Source of the DNA: an uncultured bacterium
Lineage (GTDB): Bacteria; Actinomycetota; Acidimicrobiia; Spongiisociales; UBA5794
Assembly (NCBI GenBank): GCA_963801165.1
Contig: CAWDDT010000011.1
Span: forward strand, 384,001-448,000
Direction: 5' to 3'
DNA: 64,000 nucleotides
The notes below the pieces were generated by a model that was not told the DNA's origin, made no database searches, and saw nothing but the letters and a program-made list of their open reading frames with translations. Positions 30,004-39,240 of the stretch are shown here, in pieces; position 1 is the stretch's first letter; each line of letters starts with the position of its first letter. The position numbers and the translations under genes were made by a program.

Positions 30004-30432
30004 TCAGCCGAACCGGGCTGCAAACCGTGCGAGGTTGCGCTTCCACACCCGGCCGAGCAGTGGGCGTGCGAGGTACGCGGCCACCGCACCGCCCAGATAC
30101 CACGGGAACACGAGCTGCTCCGTCCACGTGAACCGGGTGCCGTCTCCCTCCGCGCCGAGCCGGAACTCGCCGGTGCCGGTGACCAGACCCTCGTGTAGTA
30201 CGGCGATACGCCGAGGCGGCTCCCAGACGGCCACCCTGATCACATCTGTGGTGCGGAGCGGACCGAGCCGGGTGAGAACGTGCATGGTCGTACCCACACC
30301 ATCTCTTTGATCACCGACGAACTCGACCGAGGAGGCGTCCGCCATCCACTCGGCATGGGTCTCCAGTCGCGCCAAATCGGCCCACACCGTCTCCTGTTGG
30401 GCGGGGACCACGACGCTGACCACGAGGTTCAC
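30004..30432 (-). CDS. SRPBCC family protein
   Basis: VWADLA..HAEWM, GVGT, WEPPRRI, GTRFTWTE. Confidence 0.85.
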   Translation of the reverse strand: MNLVVSVVVPAQQETVWADLARLETHAEWMADASSVEFVGDQRDGVGTTMHVLTRLGPLRTTDVIRVAVWEPPRRIAVLHEGLVTGTGEFRLGAEGDGTRFTWTEQLVFPWYLGGAVAAYLARPLLGRVWKRNLARFAARFG

Positions 30433-30461
30433 CAGGACGACACTAGGAGTACTCTGCCCGA

Positions 30462-30932
30462 ATGCCGTTTGATTTCAAGCAGAAGCCGACCGGTGTGTTC
30501 AAGCACATCCTGCATGCCCCGGTGTGGTTGTTCCGGGCCAGACTCGGTTTCGTCTTCGGGAAACGGATCGTCATGCTCGAGCACGAGGGTCGTCGCAGCC
30601 GCAAGCTGCGCCGGACACCGCTCGAGGTGGTGCACCACCAAGGCGATTCGTACATCCTGTGCTCGGGTACCGGCCCCAACGCGGACTGGTACCGGAACCT
30701 CAAGGCGAAACCCGCATTGGGGTTGTGGGTGGGCTCCCGACGTCGTGAAGTAATACAGCGGTTCCTCGACGACTCCGAGGCAGCAACCGTGTTCGCCGGA
30801 TACGAGACGGCCCATCCGAAGGCCGCCGGGAAGCTCGCCGCATTGATGGGTGTGTCTCACGACGGCACACACGAGGGCCGTGTGAGGATGGTTGCACAGA
30901 TCCCGATGGTCGAGTTGCGCCTGATGCCGTGA
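30462..30932 (+). CDS. Deazaflavin-dependent nitroreductase (Ddn) family protein
   Basis: LEHEGRRSRKLRRTPL, DWYRNLKAKP. Confidence 0.85.
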   Translation: MPFDFKQKPTGVFKHILHAPVWLFRARLGFVFGKRIVMLEHEGRRSRKLRRTPLEVVHHQGDSYILCSGTGPNADWYRNLKAKPALGLWVGSRRREVIQRFLDDSEAATVFAGYETAHPKAAGKLAALMGVSHDGTHEGRVRMVAQIPMVELRLMP

Positions 30933-31199
30933 TCAGAGGGTGCCGTCACCGCGGGTGTAGGCGGTGACCGCACGACGCAGCTGCGGCGCCATCTCGATGT
31001 CGTGGTTTACCTGCGCCATGTAGCTGGCGATCAATCGCTGCAAACGATCAGCTTCGGCAATCAGCCGGCACAGCGCCTGCTCGTCTTCAGGAGTCACCTC
31101 GGGCTCGAGCGTCCTGGTTGCCGCGACCGCGTCCCAATCTCCTCTGGCGACGGAGTCCTCCAGGTCGGTGAACAGCCGGGCAACCTCGTCGAGTCCGAT
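30933..31199 (-). CDS. Unannotated FliT-like helical protein (ATC start, or readthrough of the fliS stop)
   Basis: 88 sense codons IGLDEVARLFTDLEDSVARGDWDAV...LRRAVTAYTRGDGTL*, in frame with fliS, GGGGAG 6 nt upstream; position fits fliD-fliS-fliT order. Confidence 0.55.
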   Translation of the reverse strand: MGLDEVARLFTDLEDSVARGDWDAVAATRTLEPEVTPEDEQALCRLIAEADRLQRLIASYMAQVNHDIEMAPQLRRAVTAYTRGDGTL

Positions 31200-31202
31200 G
31201 AG

Positions 31203-31607
31203 CTACTCCCCCGTCTGCGCCGCGATCGCCGCCCACGCCTCGCGCAGGTCGGTGAGGCTCCTGGCAACGAACGGCAATGCCGTGGCGTCCTTGCTCAGGT
31301 TGGCCTGGGTGAGCTGCTCGAGGCAGAACTGGTAGATGGCATTGAGCGAGGTGGAGATCTCCCCACCCTTGTCGTGGTCGAGCGAGAGCATCAGCTCAGT
31401 GATGATGTCCTGCGCCCGGGTCAGCTCCTTGTGGGCGAGCTCTATAGAGCCGGGCTCCTTGTTCTTGAGCGCCCACTCGGATCGGGCGATGGCGGCCAGC
31501 GCCCGGTCGTACAACATGAGTACGAGCTGTAGCGGACCTGCGGTCCCCACTGCCTGGCTCTGATAGGCATCGCCGGCTGCCTGATACGATACGGCCAGGC
31601 TGGTCAT
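31203..31607 (-). CDS. fliS: Flagellar export chaperone FliS
   Basis: TAGPLQLVLMLYDRAL, RAQDIITEL..SLD, LNAIYQF, LREAW. Confidence 0.93.
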   Translation of the reverse strand: MTSLAVSYQAAGDAYQSQAVGTAGPLQLVLMLYDRALAAIARSEWALKNKEPGSIELAHKELTRAQDIITELMLSLDHDKGGEISTSLNAIYQFCLEQLTQANLSKDATALPFVARSLTDLREAWAAIAAQTGE

Positions 31608-31633
31608 GTTTCCATTCTCCTTTGCGTTGAGGA

Positions 31634-33529
31634 TCACTGTGAACCATTCATCGAGGCCAGCTGTGTCGAGAGCCACTGTGACTGCGACTGCAGACTGGCC
31701 ATCGCGGTCTCGAGAGCCGCGTATTGCTTGATCAGCAATGCTTGGCGACGGTCGAGCCGATCCTCGAGCTCCTGGATCCGCTCGTCGATTAGATCTATCT
31801 GCGATGAGGTCAGGTCCTGTGCCCTGGCGATGCTCCCGCTGGTTCCCTCGGCGTAGCTCACGGTCTGGTCGAGGGTGCCGAACACACCACGGGAATAGGT
31901 CATCTCGCCCAGCGAGAGCGAGCCCCCGGCGCCACTGACATCGGAGGTGGATGCTGTGACGAGCAGAACGAGACCTTGCGGGCTACCAGCAGATGCGGTC
32001 AGCGAGCGCCCTGATCCGGTTGCCGCCTCGCCTCCGATGGTCCCGGCGACGTCCTGCCCGGCGTAAGTCCCGGCGAGCCCGAACGGGTCGCCGGTCACTG
32101 TGAACGAGGCCGACGAGCCGTATGCGCTGTGGTCCAGCTGTATGTAGTCGGTACCGGAAACATTCGTCTCGGTGGCCGACACCTTGGTGATGCCCGCGTC
32201 CTGGAGGGCGTCATTGATCGCGGACACCGCGTCGGTAATCGTCATGCCTGTCGTGACGGCCACATTGACCGTCGTCGAACCCACCGTGATCTGAAACGTG
32301 GAGTCCGAGCCGGGCACAACGTACGCCGACGACATCGCCTGTGCCTGGGTGGCCGCTTGGGTCACGACAACTTCGTAGCTTCCGGCGATGGTCGCGTCAC
32401 TGGAGGCAACAAAGCTCGCCCTGGTATCCGCCGATTCGCCTCCCTGGACCAGCAAGTCGAGCACTGCGCTGTAGTCGGTCTCGAGGGCATCTCGTAGCTT
32501 GGACTCGTCGAGATCGAACGTCCCGTCCCGGTTGAGCGAGATACCGACCGACGAGGCTACGGGATATGCGGAGCCGCTCTTCAAGGTGGATGAGATCGCC
32601 GTGCGGAGATTGATGGCAAGCGAGCGAGCGGTACTGTTGCCGACCAGCGGCCCCCCCGTGTTCGTGTCGGGCGAGTACTTGGTGGCGCTGGCAATGGTGC
32701 CGAGCGCTGCGTTGACCGCATCGACGAGAGCCTTGATCGCGGACGCGGTCCCGTCGATATCTCGCTGGGTCGAGATGCTCACCGCACCGGTTGTCGTCGC
32801 CTTGAGCTTGATGGTCGCCCCGGAGATGAGATCGTTGATGGTGTTGGAAGAGCGAGAAAGGGTAATTGCGCCGGCTCCCGACCCGAGGGTCAGGTGGGCA
32901 TCCACTCCCTGTTGCAGGATATCCATCGTGCCCAGCGACGCAACGGTGCTCGAGATCGTAAACACGTTGTCTTCGCCTGTGGTGTCGGCGGAGAGGACGA
33001 GCTTGTAGCTCGTGCCGTCAACCGACACGACGGATGCCGAGACACCCGACCCGAGGGCGTTGATGCCGGCGGCGGCACCGGCGAGCGTTGTCTCAGAAGT
33101 CGCGGTCATCGTGTAGTCGGCACCGCCGATGGTGACCGTGAAGTCGCCAGCTCCGATCAAGGCGTCCGCTCCTGAGAAGCTGGTGTTGGAGACGACCTGG
33201 TGGTTCGTCGCAAGCTGGTCGACGGTGAACGACGTGGTCCCGGCCGCCGGTGTTCCGGTAACGGACACGGAGACGGCGCTCTCGTTTGAGGAGGTCGCCA
33301 GCGCCAGCTTGTTGAAGTCCGAGACGGAGTCAAGGCCGTCGAGGGCAGAGCGGATGGCCGAGTACTTGGTGTTGATGAGTTGCCAGGCGTTGTCCTCGAG
33401 CTGGTGACTCTGTTTCCTGGTCTGCAGCTGGTCGATCGGGGTTCGCTCGACCTTCAGGATGCTGTCGATGATGGAGTTGGTGTCCAGCCCGGAGGCCAGG
33501 CCCCCTATGTTGAAGAGCGGAACTGCCAT
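31634..33529 (-). CDS. fliD: Flagellar filament cap protein FliD
   Basis: GLASGLDTNSII, VDQLA, SNTINDLISGATI, LIKQYAALETAMASLQSQ. Confidence 0.95.
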   Translation of the reverse strand: MAVPLFNIGGLASGLDTNSIIDSILKVERTPIDQLQTRKQSHQLEDNAWQLINTKYSAIRSALDGLDSVSDFNKLALATSSNESAVSVSVTGTPAAGTTSFTVDQLATNHQVVSNTSFSGADALIGAGDFTVTIGGADYTMTATSETTLAGAAAGINALGSGVSASVVSVDGTSYKLVLSADTTGEDNVFTISSTVASLGTMDILQQGVDAHLTLGSGAGAITLSRSSNTINDLISGATIKLKATTTGAVSISTQRDIDGTASAIKALVDAVNAALGTIASATKYSPDTNTGGPLVGNSTARSLAINLRTAISSTLKSGSAYPVASSVGISLNRDGTFDLDESKLRDALETDYSAVLDLLVQGGESADTRASFVASSDATIAGSYEVVVTQAATQAQAMSSAYVVPGSDSTFQITVGSTTVNVAVTTGMTITDAVSAINDALQDAGITKVSATETNVSGTDYIQLDHSAYGSSASFTVTGDPFGLAGTYAGQDVAGTIGGEAATGSGRSLTASAGSPQGLVLLVTASTSDVSGAGGSLSLGEMTYSRGVFGTLDQTVSYAEGTSGSIARAQDLTSSQIDLIDERIQELEDRLDRRQALLIKQYAALETAMASLQSQSQWLSTQLASMNGSQ

Positions 33530-33759
33530 CTGTTGCTCTTTCCAGTCTGCTTGCTTGTCTGCCCTGGTTGAGGGGGCGGCCCGAAGACCACCCCCTCTCT
33601 GTCGGTCATTTCCCTACTTGCGAAAGGAGGGAAAGGACACTGTTCGTGTTGGTGTCGGCCCTTGTGCTGTTCAATTCCAGTTCAGGCTCGACGGCGTGGT
33701 ACACAACGATGGTGTCCGGCCTGCGACCCTTTACGGCGATCAAACAGCACCCTCCTGGC

Positions 33760-34596
33760 TCACTGGAGGAGTTGGAGGACTGATGCCGGGACCTGGTTGG
33801 CCTGGGCAAGCATCGCAGTGCCCGCCTGAACCATGATCTGATGCCGGGTGAACGACACCATCTCTTCAGCCATGTCGGTGTCACGAACCCGGGACTCGGA
33901 AGCCGACAGGTTCTCAACAGCGACACTCAGGTTCGCCACCGTGTGCTCCAGACGGTTCTGGGTAGCACCAAGAGTCGACCTGGTCGAGGACACTGCGTCG
34001 ATCGCATTGTCGATGACCGTGATCGCCGCATTGGCGCCGGTACCAACATTCACCGAAGCCAGGTTGATCGCCGATCCATCGTTGAAGATTCCGGCAGACC
34101 CTGTCGTGTCGACGCTCAGGTTCGTGGTGATCTTCAGGGTCTGGCTGGCGCCGGAACCGACATGGAATGTCAGGTTGGTCGTGCTGTAGTCGGCAAATAC
34201 GGACTTGCCTGCGAATGTGCTGTTGGTGCCGATCGAGGTGATCTCTGCCAGCAGCTGGGTCACCTCGGCCTGCTGGGCAGTACCGTCGGTGGTTGCAGTG
34301 TTGGCCGCATCAACAGCCAACTCACGCATACGCTGCAGGATCGAATGCACCTCATTGAGAGCACCCTCAGCGGTCTGGACAAAACTCACACCATCTTGAG
34401 CGTTCCGGATCGCCTGACGGGAACCCGAGATCTCCGCACGGAGCGACTCAGACTTCGCCAACCCGGCCGCATCATCAGCAGCACGATTGATCCGGAAACC
34501 CGAAGACAGCTTCTCGAGCGACTTACTCAACTGAGCATTGGTCGTGGAAAGATTGCGGTATGCGTTGTATGCCGCAATGTTCTGATTAATACGCAC
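33760..34596 (-). CDS. fliC: Flagellin (copy 1)
   Basis: RINQNIAA, LSSGFRINRAADDAAGL, LGATQNRLEH, SRVRDTDMA, VLQLLQ. Confidence 0.97.
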   Translation of the reverse strand: MRINQNIAAYNAYRNLSTTNAQLSKSLEKLSSGFRINRAADDAAGLAKSESLRAEISGSRQAIRNAQDGVSFVQTAEGALNEVHSILQRMRELAVDAANTATTDGTAQQAEVTQLLAEITSIGTNSTFAGKSVFADYSTTNLTFHVGSGASQTLKITTNLSVDTTGSAGIFNDGSAINLASVNVGTGANAAITVIDNAIDAVSSTRSTLGATQNRLEHTVANLSVAVENLSASESRVRDTDMAEEMVSFTRHQIMVQAGTAMLAQANQVPASVLQLLQ

Positions 34597-34602
34597 TTCG
34601 TG

Positions 34603-34649
34603 TACCTCCTTGTAGGGCGGTGCGTCACTTCGTCAACATCCATGTCAAC
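34603..34649 (-). promoter_or_regulatory. Two CsrA-binding sites in flagellin 1 leader
   Basis: Hairpin GUUGACA-UGGA-UGUUGAC (34632-34649) and UACAAGGAGGUA over the SD (34603-34614), resembling the CsrA consensus RUACARGGAUGU. Confidence 0.8.
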
Positions 34650-34662
34650 GTTTCAGAAGGAC

Positions 34663-34689
34663 CAGTCGACCAGACACCCCATGGCGTAA
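34663..34689 (-). promoter_or_regulatory. Sigma28-like promoter, flagellin 1
   Basis: TTAC-N15-GTCGACTG. Confidence 0.55.
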
Positions 34690-34703
34690 GCGATTAACCA
34701 CCG

Positions 34704-34727
34704 AAAAACCCGGCGCAAACCGGGTCT
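34704..34727 (-). terminator. Intrinsic terminator after EAL-HDOD gene
   Basis: ACCCGG-TTTGCG-CCGGGT followed by a T tract on the minus strand. Confidence 0.75.
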
Positions 34728-34730
34728 TCG

Positions 34731-36050
34731 TCAGGTCGCGACGTGCGCCCACATCTCGTCGGAGGCAACCACCGCATCACGGAAGATTGCGGCCAGCTGA
34801 CCGTCGTCGATCCCGGGGCACCGAGCATTCTCCCAGTCCCCACGCTCGTATGCGATGACGCCGGCGAGCGTCGCCCCCATGATCCCGCTCTGGTTGACGA
34901 TGGCGTTGCGGGTGTCGTCGGACAGGGGAAGGGCCACGAGCGCCGTTTCCATCGACACGTCGAGCAGGGCATCGAGCACACTGAACAGGCCGACCGTATA
35001 GAACGTGTCGCTGTCGCCCCGGCCCGAGATCGAGGCAACGAGCTCGCACATCCTGGCTCGCACAAGAGCTGTGATCGTCAGCTCCTTTGGCTTCCTGGCG
35101 ATCTGGGCCAGGTTGATGAGGCTTACCCAGCTTCCGATCTGCCTCGTCCCCAGTAGGACTATGGCATCCTTGATCGACTCGACGTGTCGGGGCAGCGAGT
35201 AGTAGGCGGAGTTGACGATCCTGAGCAGTTTGTAGCTGAGAGCGACATCCCGCTGGATGATCGCAGCGAGGTTCTCGATCGCGACATCGGGGTTCTGCAT
35301 CTGCGAGACCAGCTCGAGGGTGAAGATCTGGCTCGGCAACACGGCGGTTCGCTTCAGAACCTGCGGCCGGCTCAGGAAGAGACCCTGGAAGAAGTCGAAG
35401 TCGAGCTCGCGGCACCGGCGCAGCTCGGCGTAGTTCTGGACGTTCTCGGCGACGAGTTGGACCCCGAAGGTCTTCAGCCAACCAACCTCGGCGACGAGCC
35501 GACCGTGTTCGAATGCCTGGATATCGATCTTGACGAGATCGGCAACGGGAAGTAGCGGCCGCAGCTTCTTGAAGGAGATCCAGTCCCTGAGCGCGATGCT
35601 GTATCCCTGGCTGCGTAGCCGGTGTAAGGCGGTCACGAGCAGATCGTCGACATTGGCGGTCTCGACCACCTCGACTATGACTCGCTCAGGTGGGAGAAGG
35701 GTCGGGATGCCTTCGAGAATCAGATCGCGAGTGAGACTGATGAGGGCTCGCCGCCCCCCGAGGATGTCCTCGAGGTCGAAGTCGGTGAAGGTGTTGAGAA
35801 TCGCATCCGACGTTGCCCTATTCTCGTCACCGGCGACGGCCTCAGCGTGATCGAAGGCGCCGCGCAATAGGATCTCGTAGCCAACAACATCCAGCCGCCG
35901 GTCGAACAGCGGCTGTCTGCCGATAAATGTCTCTCGAGGATTGAGGGCGTAAGCGGCTCGCGCCGCGAGCGCGGCGCTTCCACTTCTCCTCTTTGTCCGC
36001 TCGCGATGGAGATTTGCTTTGGCGCGATTGGCCGCTGTCGAAGAGCTCAC
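34731..36050 (-). CDS. EAL-HDOD domain protein (YuxH/PdeH-like); start uncertain
   Basis: RQPLFD..GYEILLR, VKIDI, LVAENVQ, FFQGLFLSRP; HDOD DVALSYKLLRIVNS, GLFSVLDALL. Confidence 0.88.
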   Translation of the reverse strand: MSSSTAANRAKANLHRERTKRRSGSAALAARAAYALNPRETFIGRQPLFDRRLDVVGYEILLRGAFDHAEAVAGDENRATSDAILNTFTDFDLEDILGGRRALISLTRDLILEGIPTLLPPERVIVEVVETANVDDLLVTALHRLRSQGYSIALRDWISFKKLRPLLPVADLVKIDIQAFEHGRLVAEVGWLKTFGVQLVAENVQNYAELRRCRELDFDFFQGLFLSRPQVLKRTAVLPSQIFTLELVSQMQNPDVAIENLAAIIQRDVALSYKLLRIVNSAYYSLPRHVESIKDAIVLLGTRQIGSWVSLINLAQIARKPKELTITALVRARMCELVASISGRGDSDTFYTVGLFSVLDALLDVSMETALVALPLSDDTRNAIVNQSGIMGATLAGVIAYERGDWENARCPGIDDGQLAAIFRDAVVASDEMWAHVAT

Positions 36051-36057
36051 AATGCTC

Positions 36058-36084
36058 AAGTCGGCAGGTGTTGCGTCCAGTCAA
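36058..36084 (-). promoter_or_regulatory. Sigma28-like promoter, EAL-HDOD gene
   Basis: TTGA-N15-GCCGACTT. Confidence 0.6.
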
Positions 36085-36101
36085 CCGGTGTGTTCCGGGC
36101 T

Positions 36102-36421
36102 ACCGGCAAACCTAGAGCGGCGGCCCGAAGGCCGCCGCTCGTTGTGTGTGGGACCGTCCGTCCTACGAGACATGACTGGCAATCTATGCCAGCGTCTGGC
36201 TCACTGGAGGAGTTGGAGGACCGATGCCGGGACCTGGTTGGCCTGGGCAAGCATCGCAGTGCCCGCCTGAACCATGATCTGATGCCGGGTGAACGACACC
36301 ATCTCTTCAGCCATGTCGGTGTCACGAACCCGGGACTCGGAAGCCGACAGGTTCTCAACAGCGACACTCAGGTTCGCCACCGTGTGCTCCAGACGGTTCT
36401 GGGTAGCACCAAGAGTCGACC
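36102..36421. repeat. Near-identical direct repeat with 37178-37498 (flagellin 3-prime coding end, 3-prime UTR and hairpin)
   Basis: Sequences match by eye apart from a few differences; hairpins gagcggcggcc..ggccgccgctc at 36115-36140 and 37191-37216. Confidence 0.9.
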
Positions 36422-37052
36422 TGGTCGAGGACACTGCGTCGATCCACTGGTCTATGTAGCCGATCTCACCCTCGGAGCCGCCCTGTAGGTTGATGCCCGG
36501 AAGGTTGATGAGGCCATCGAAGATGCCCCCATCGATCATATCGGGAGCGGTCCCGACATTGAGCCGCAAGTCGTCGGTGATGTCCAGCGTTTGGCCTGCA
36601 CCGGAACCGACCTGGAACGTCAAGGCAGCGCCCGTGCCGCTGTAGTCGGCGAACACCGACTTGCCGGCGAAGGTGCTGTTGGCGCCGATCGCGGAAATCT
36701 CCGCGACGAGCTCGTCGACCTCGGCCTGCTGGGCGGCACCATCGGTGGTAGCGGTGTTGGCCGCATCAACAGCCAACTCACGCATCCGCTGCAAAATGGC
36801 ATGCACCTCATTGAGAGCACCCTCAGCAGTCTGCACAAAACTCACACCATCCTGGGCATTCCGAATCGCCTGCCGCGAACCCGAAATCTCCGCACGCAGC
36901 GACTCAGACTTCGCCAACCCGGCCGCATCATCAGCAGCACGATTGATCCGAAAACCCGAAGACAGCTTCTCGAGCGACTTACTCAACTGAGCATTGGTCG
37001 TGGAAAGATTGCGGTATGCGTTATACGCCGCAATGTTCTGATTAATACGCAC
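36201..37052 (-). CDS. fliC: Flagellin (copy 2)
   Basis: Same conserved termini; distinct central region. Confidence 0.97.
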   Translation of the reverse strand: MRINQNIAAYNAYRNLSTTNAQLSKSLEKLSSGFRINRAADDAAGLAKSESLRAEISGSRQAIRNAQDGVSFVQTAEGALNEVHAILQRMRELAVDAANTATTDGAAQQAEVDELVAEISAIGANSTFAGKSVFADYSGTGAALTFQVGSGAGQTLDITDDLRLNVGTAPDMIDGGIFDGLINLPGINLQGGSEGEIGYIDQWIDAVSSTRSTLGATQNRLEHTVANLSVAVENLSASESRVRDTDMAEEMVSFTRHQIMVQAGTAMLAQANQVPASVLQLLQ

Positions 37053-37058
37053 CTCATG

Positions 37059-37144
37059 TACCTCCTTGTAGGGCAGTGCGTCTCACTTCGTCAACATCCA
37101 TGTCAACGCTTCTCTTCTAGTCGGCCGTCCCCGCCTATCGTCAA
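37059..37144 (-). promoter_or_regulatory. Sigma28-like promoter and two CsrA sites, flagellin 2
   Basis: TTGA-N15-GCCGACTA (37118-37144); GGA hairpin 37090-37107; UACAAGGAGGUA 37059-37070. Confidence 0.75.
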
Positions 37145-37277
37145 GTGAATCGCCGCCACGTTGGCGCATTCTCTGCGACCGGCAAACCTAGAGCGGCGGC
37201 CCTGGGGCCGCCGCTCGTTGTGTGTAGGGACCGTCCGTCCTACGAGACATGACTGGCAATCTATGCCAGCGTCTGGC

Positions 37278-38111
37278 TCACTGGAGGAGTTGGAGGACCG
37301 ATGCCGGGACCTGGTTGGCCTGGGCAAGCATCGCAGTGCCCGCCTGAACCATGATCTGATGCCGGGTGAACGACACCATCTCTTCAGCCATGTCGGTGTC
37401 ACGAACCCGGGACTCGGAAGCCGACAGGTTCTCAACAGCGACACTCAGGTTCGCCACCGTGTGCTCCAGACGGTTCTGGGTAGCACCAAGAGTCGACCGG
37501 ACACTGGAAACGTCGCCGATCGCATTGTCGATGGCCGTGATCGCGGCATCGGCATCGGACGACACGTCGACCGAACCGATCGCATGACCGTTGAAGATGC
37601 CATTCGTGCCGGCAACATTGAGCTGAAGATCGCTCGTGATCTTGAGCGTCTGGTCAGCGCCGGAACCGACATGGAACGTCAGCGCGCCACCCGATGCGGC
37701 ATAGTCCTTGAATACACTGTTACCTGCGAATGTGCTGTTGGAACCGATCGCGGTGATCTCCGATAGCAGCTGGGACACCTCGGCCTGCTGGGCAGTACCG
37801 TCGGTGGTTGCAGTGTTGGCCGCATCAACAGCCAACTCACGCATACGCTGCAGGATCGAATGCACCTCATTGAGAGCACCCTCAGCGGTCTGGACAAAAC
37901 TCACACCATCTTGAGCGTTCCGGATCGCCTGACGGGAACCCGAGATCTCCGCACGGAGCGACTCAGACTTCGCCAACCCGGCCGCATCATCAGCAGCACG
38001 ATTGATCCGGAAACCCGAAGACAGCTTCTCGAGCGACTTACTCAACTGAGCATTGGTCGTGGAAAGATTGCGGTATGCGTTGTATGCCGCAATGTTCTGA
38101 TTAATACGCAC
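37278..38111 (-). CDS. fliC: Flagellin (copy 3)
   Basis: Same conserved termini; distinct central region. Confidence 0.97.
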   Translation of the reverse strand: MRINQNIAAYNAYRNLSTTNAQLSKSLEKLSSGFRINRAADDAAGLAKSESLRAEISGSRQAIRNAQDGVSFVQTAEGALNEVHSILQRMRELAVDAANTATTDGTAQQAEVSQLLSEITAIGSNSTFAGNSVFKDYAASGGALTFHVGSGADQTLKITSDLQLNVAGTNGIFNGHAIGSVDVSSDADAAITAIDNAIGDVSSVRSTLGATQNRLEHTVANLSVAVENLSASESRVRDTDMAEEMVSFTRHQIMVQAGTAMLAQANQVPASVLQLLQ

Positions 38112-38117
38112 TTCGTG

Positions 38118-38203
38118 TACCTCCTTGTAGGGCGGTGCGTGACTTCGTCAACATCCATGTCAACGTTTCACCACCACTATCGGCACACGCGGCCACCGTA
38201 TTA
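38118..38203 (-). promoter_or_regulatory. Sigma28 promoter and two CsrA sites, flagellin 3
   Basis: TAAT-N15-GCCGATAG (38177-38203), close to the TAAA-N15-GCCGATAA consensus; GGA hairpin 38147-38164; SD site 38118-38129. Confidence 0.82.
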
Positions 38204-38320
38204 GGCAACGCTCAGTGACTATTTCGCGAATGGTCATCAAGGCTAGACAGCCTTGATCCGATTCCATCGCATCACAGCAGGCATCGTCCGGGTGGGACGG
38301 TGGTTGGAGGCCAGAACACG

Positions 38321-39181
38321 ATGAACAGCCGAGATGCCGAGCATGACACCAACCAACTGGTGAGAGACCATCTCGATCTGGTTGGGCGCACCGTCGCCAA
38401 GGTTTCCGCTCGCTATCCGCGACACGTCGACCGGGAAGAACTGTGGAACGCCGGTGCGCTTGGCCTGGTGGAGGCGGCACGCCGTTACAAGCCCGACTCG
38501 GGAATCCCATTCGAGCGCTTCGCCGCAATCAGGATCCGTGGTGCGATCATCGATTCGACCCGGACGCGGGATTGGGCTTCTCGCTCGGTGCGCCGGCGCA
38601 ACCGCGAGGTCGAGGAGACCAGCTCCGCACTGCGCGACGAAACCGGACGCGACCCCGATCGGGAGACGCTGGCTAATGCCCTCGGCGTCACCATGCAAGA
38701 GCTCGAGAAAACCCAGGCGCAATCGGCGGCCTCGATGCTTCTCTATCTCGATCACCAGAGGCCCGACGACAACGTCTCTCTCCGTGACATGATCGTCGAC
38801 GAAGACACGACCGTGCAGCCGGAAGCCGCCCTGGAGCACCGCGAGATGCTCGGTACTCTTCGCAGCGCGGTCACGGGCCTGCCCGCGACGCACGCCGAGG
38901 TCATCAAGCGCTACTACTTCGACGGCGAGATGCTTCAGGATATCGCCAAGGATCTCGGGGTCACCCAGGCCAGGGTGTCGCAGATCCGCTCCGAGGCCCT
39001 CACCTCGTTGCGCGCCTGGTTCGGTACCCTCTACGAGGGCACCCCTGAGGTCAGCGACGACGCCGCCGGCAAGAGGGCCCGCGCCGCCTACGTGGCACAG
39101 CTCTCCACCGAAACCAACTGGCGCAGCCGGCTCGACGCCGCAGACGACGATCCCGGCCTTGCCTTGATTCTCAACGGCTAG
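38321..39181 (+). CDS. fliA: FliA/WhiG family sigma factor
   Basis: GALGLVEAARRY, RIRGAIIDSTRTRDW, IAKDLGVTQARVSQI; located in flagellar cluster. Confidence 0.92.
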   Translation: MNSRDAEHDTNQLVRDHLDLVGRTVAKVSARYPRHVDREELWNAGALGLVEAARRYKPDSGIPFERFAAIRIRGAIIDSTRTRDWASRSVRRRNREVEETSSALRDETGRDPDRETLANALGVTMQELEKTQAQSAASMLLYLDHQRPDDNVSLRDMIVDEDTTVQPEAALEHREMLGTLRSAVTGLPATHAEVIKRYYFDGEMLQDIAKDLGVTQARVSQIRSEALTSLRAWFGTLYEGTPEVSDDAAGKRARAAYVAQLSTETNWRSRLDAADDDPGLALILNG

Positions 39182-39188
39182 ATCCCCC

Positions 39189-39240
39189 CGACGACGACCT
39201 TTTACTTCTCTCCCTCCTCCCTCCTAAAGGGTCGTCGTCG
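39189..39240. other. 16-bp hairpin with 20-nt all-pyrimidine loop downstream of fliA
   Basis: cgacgacgacctttta / taaagggtcgtcgtcg stem; loop cttctctccctcctccctcc. Confidence 0.75.

Noticed and set aside
33660-33750. Structured RNA between flagellin 1 and fliD (12-bp stem GTGCTGTTTGAT/ATTGAACAGCAC on the minus strand)
   Set aside because: No recognisable riboswitch or sRNA motif; most simply an mRNA-stabilising 3-prime structure
36102-36200. GGCAAACC plus hairpin as a c-di-GMP-I riboswitch (also 37178-37277)
   Set aside because: The downstream GGACGCAAAGC-type element is missing, and the segment is better explained as a duplicated flagellin 3-prime UTR/terminator on the minus strand
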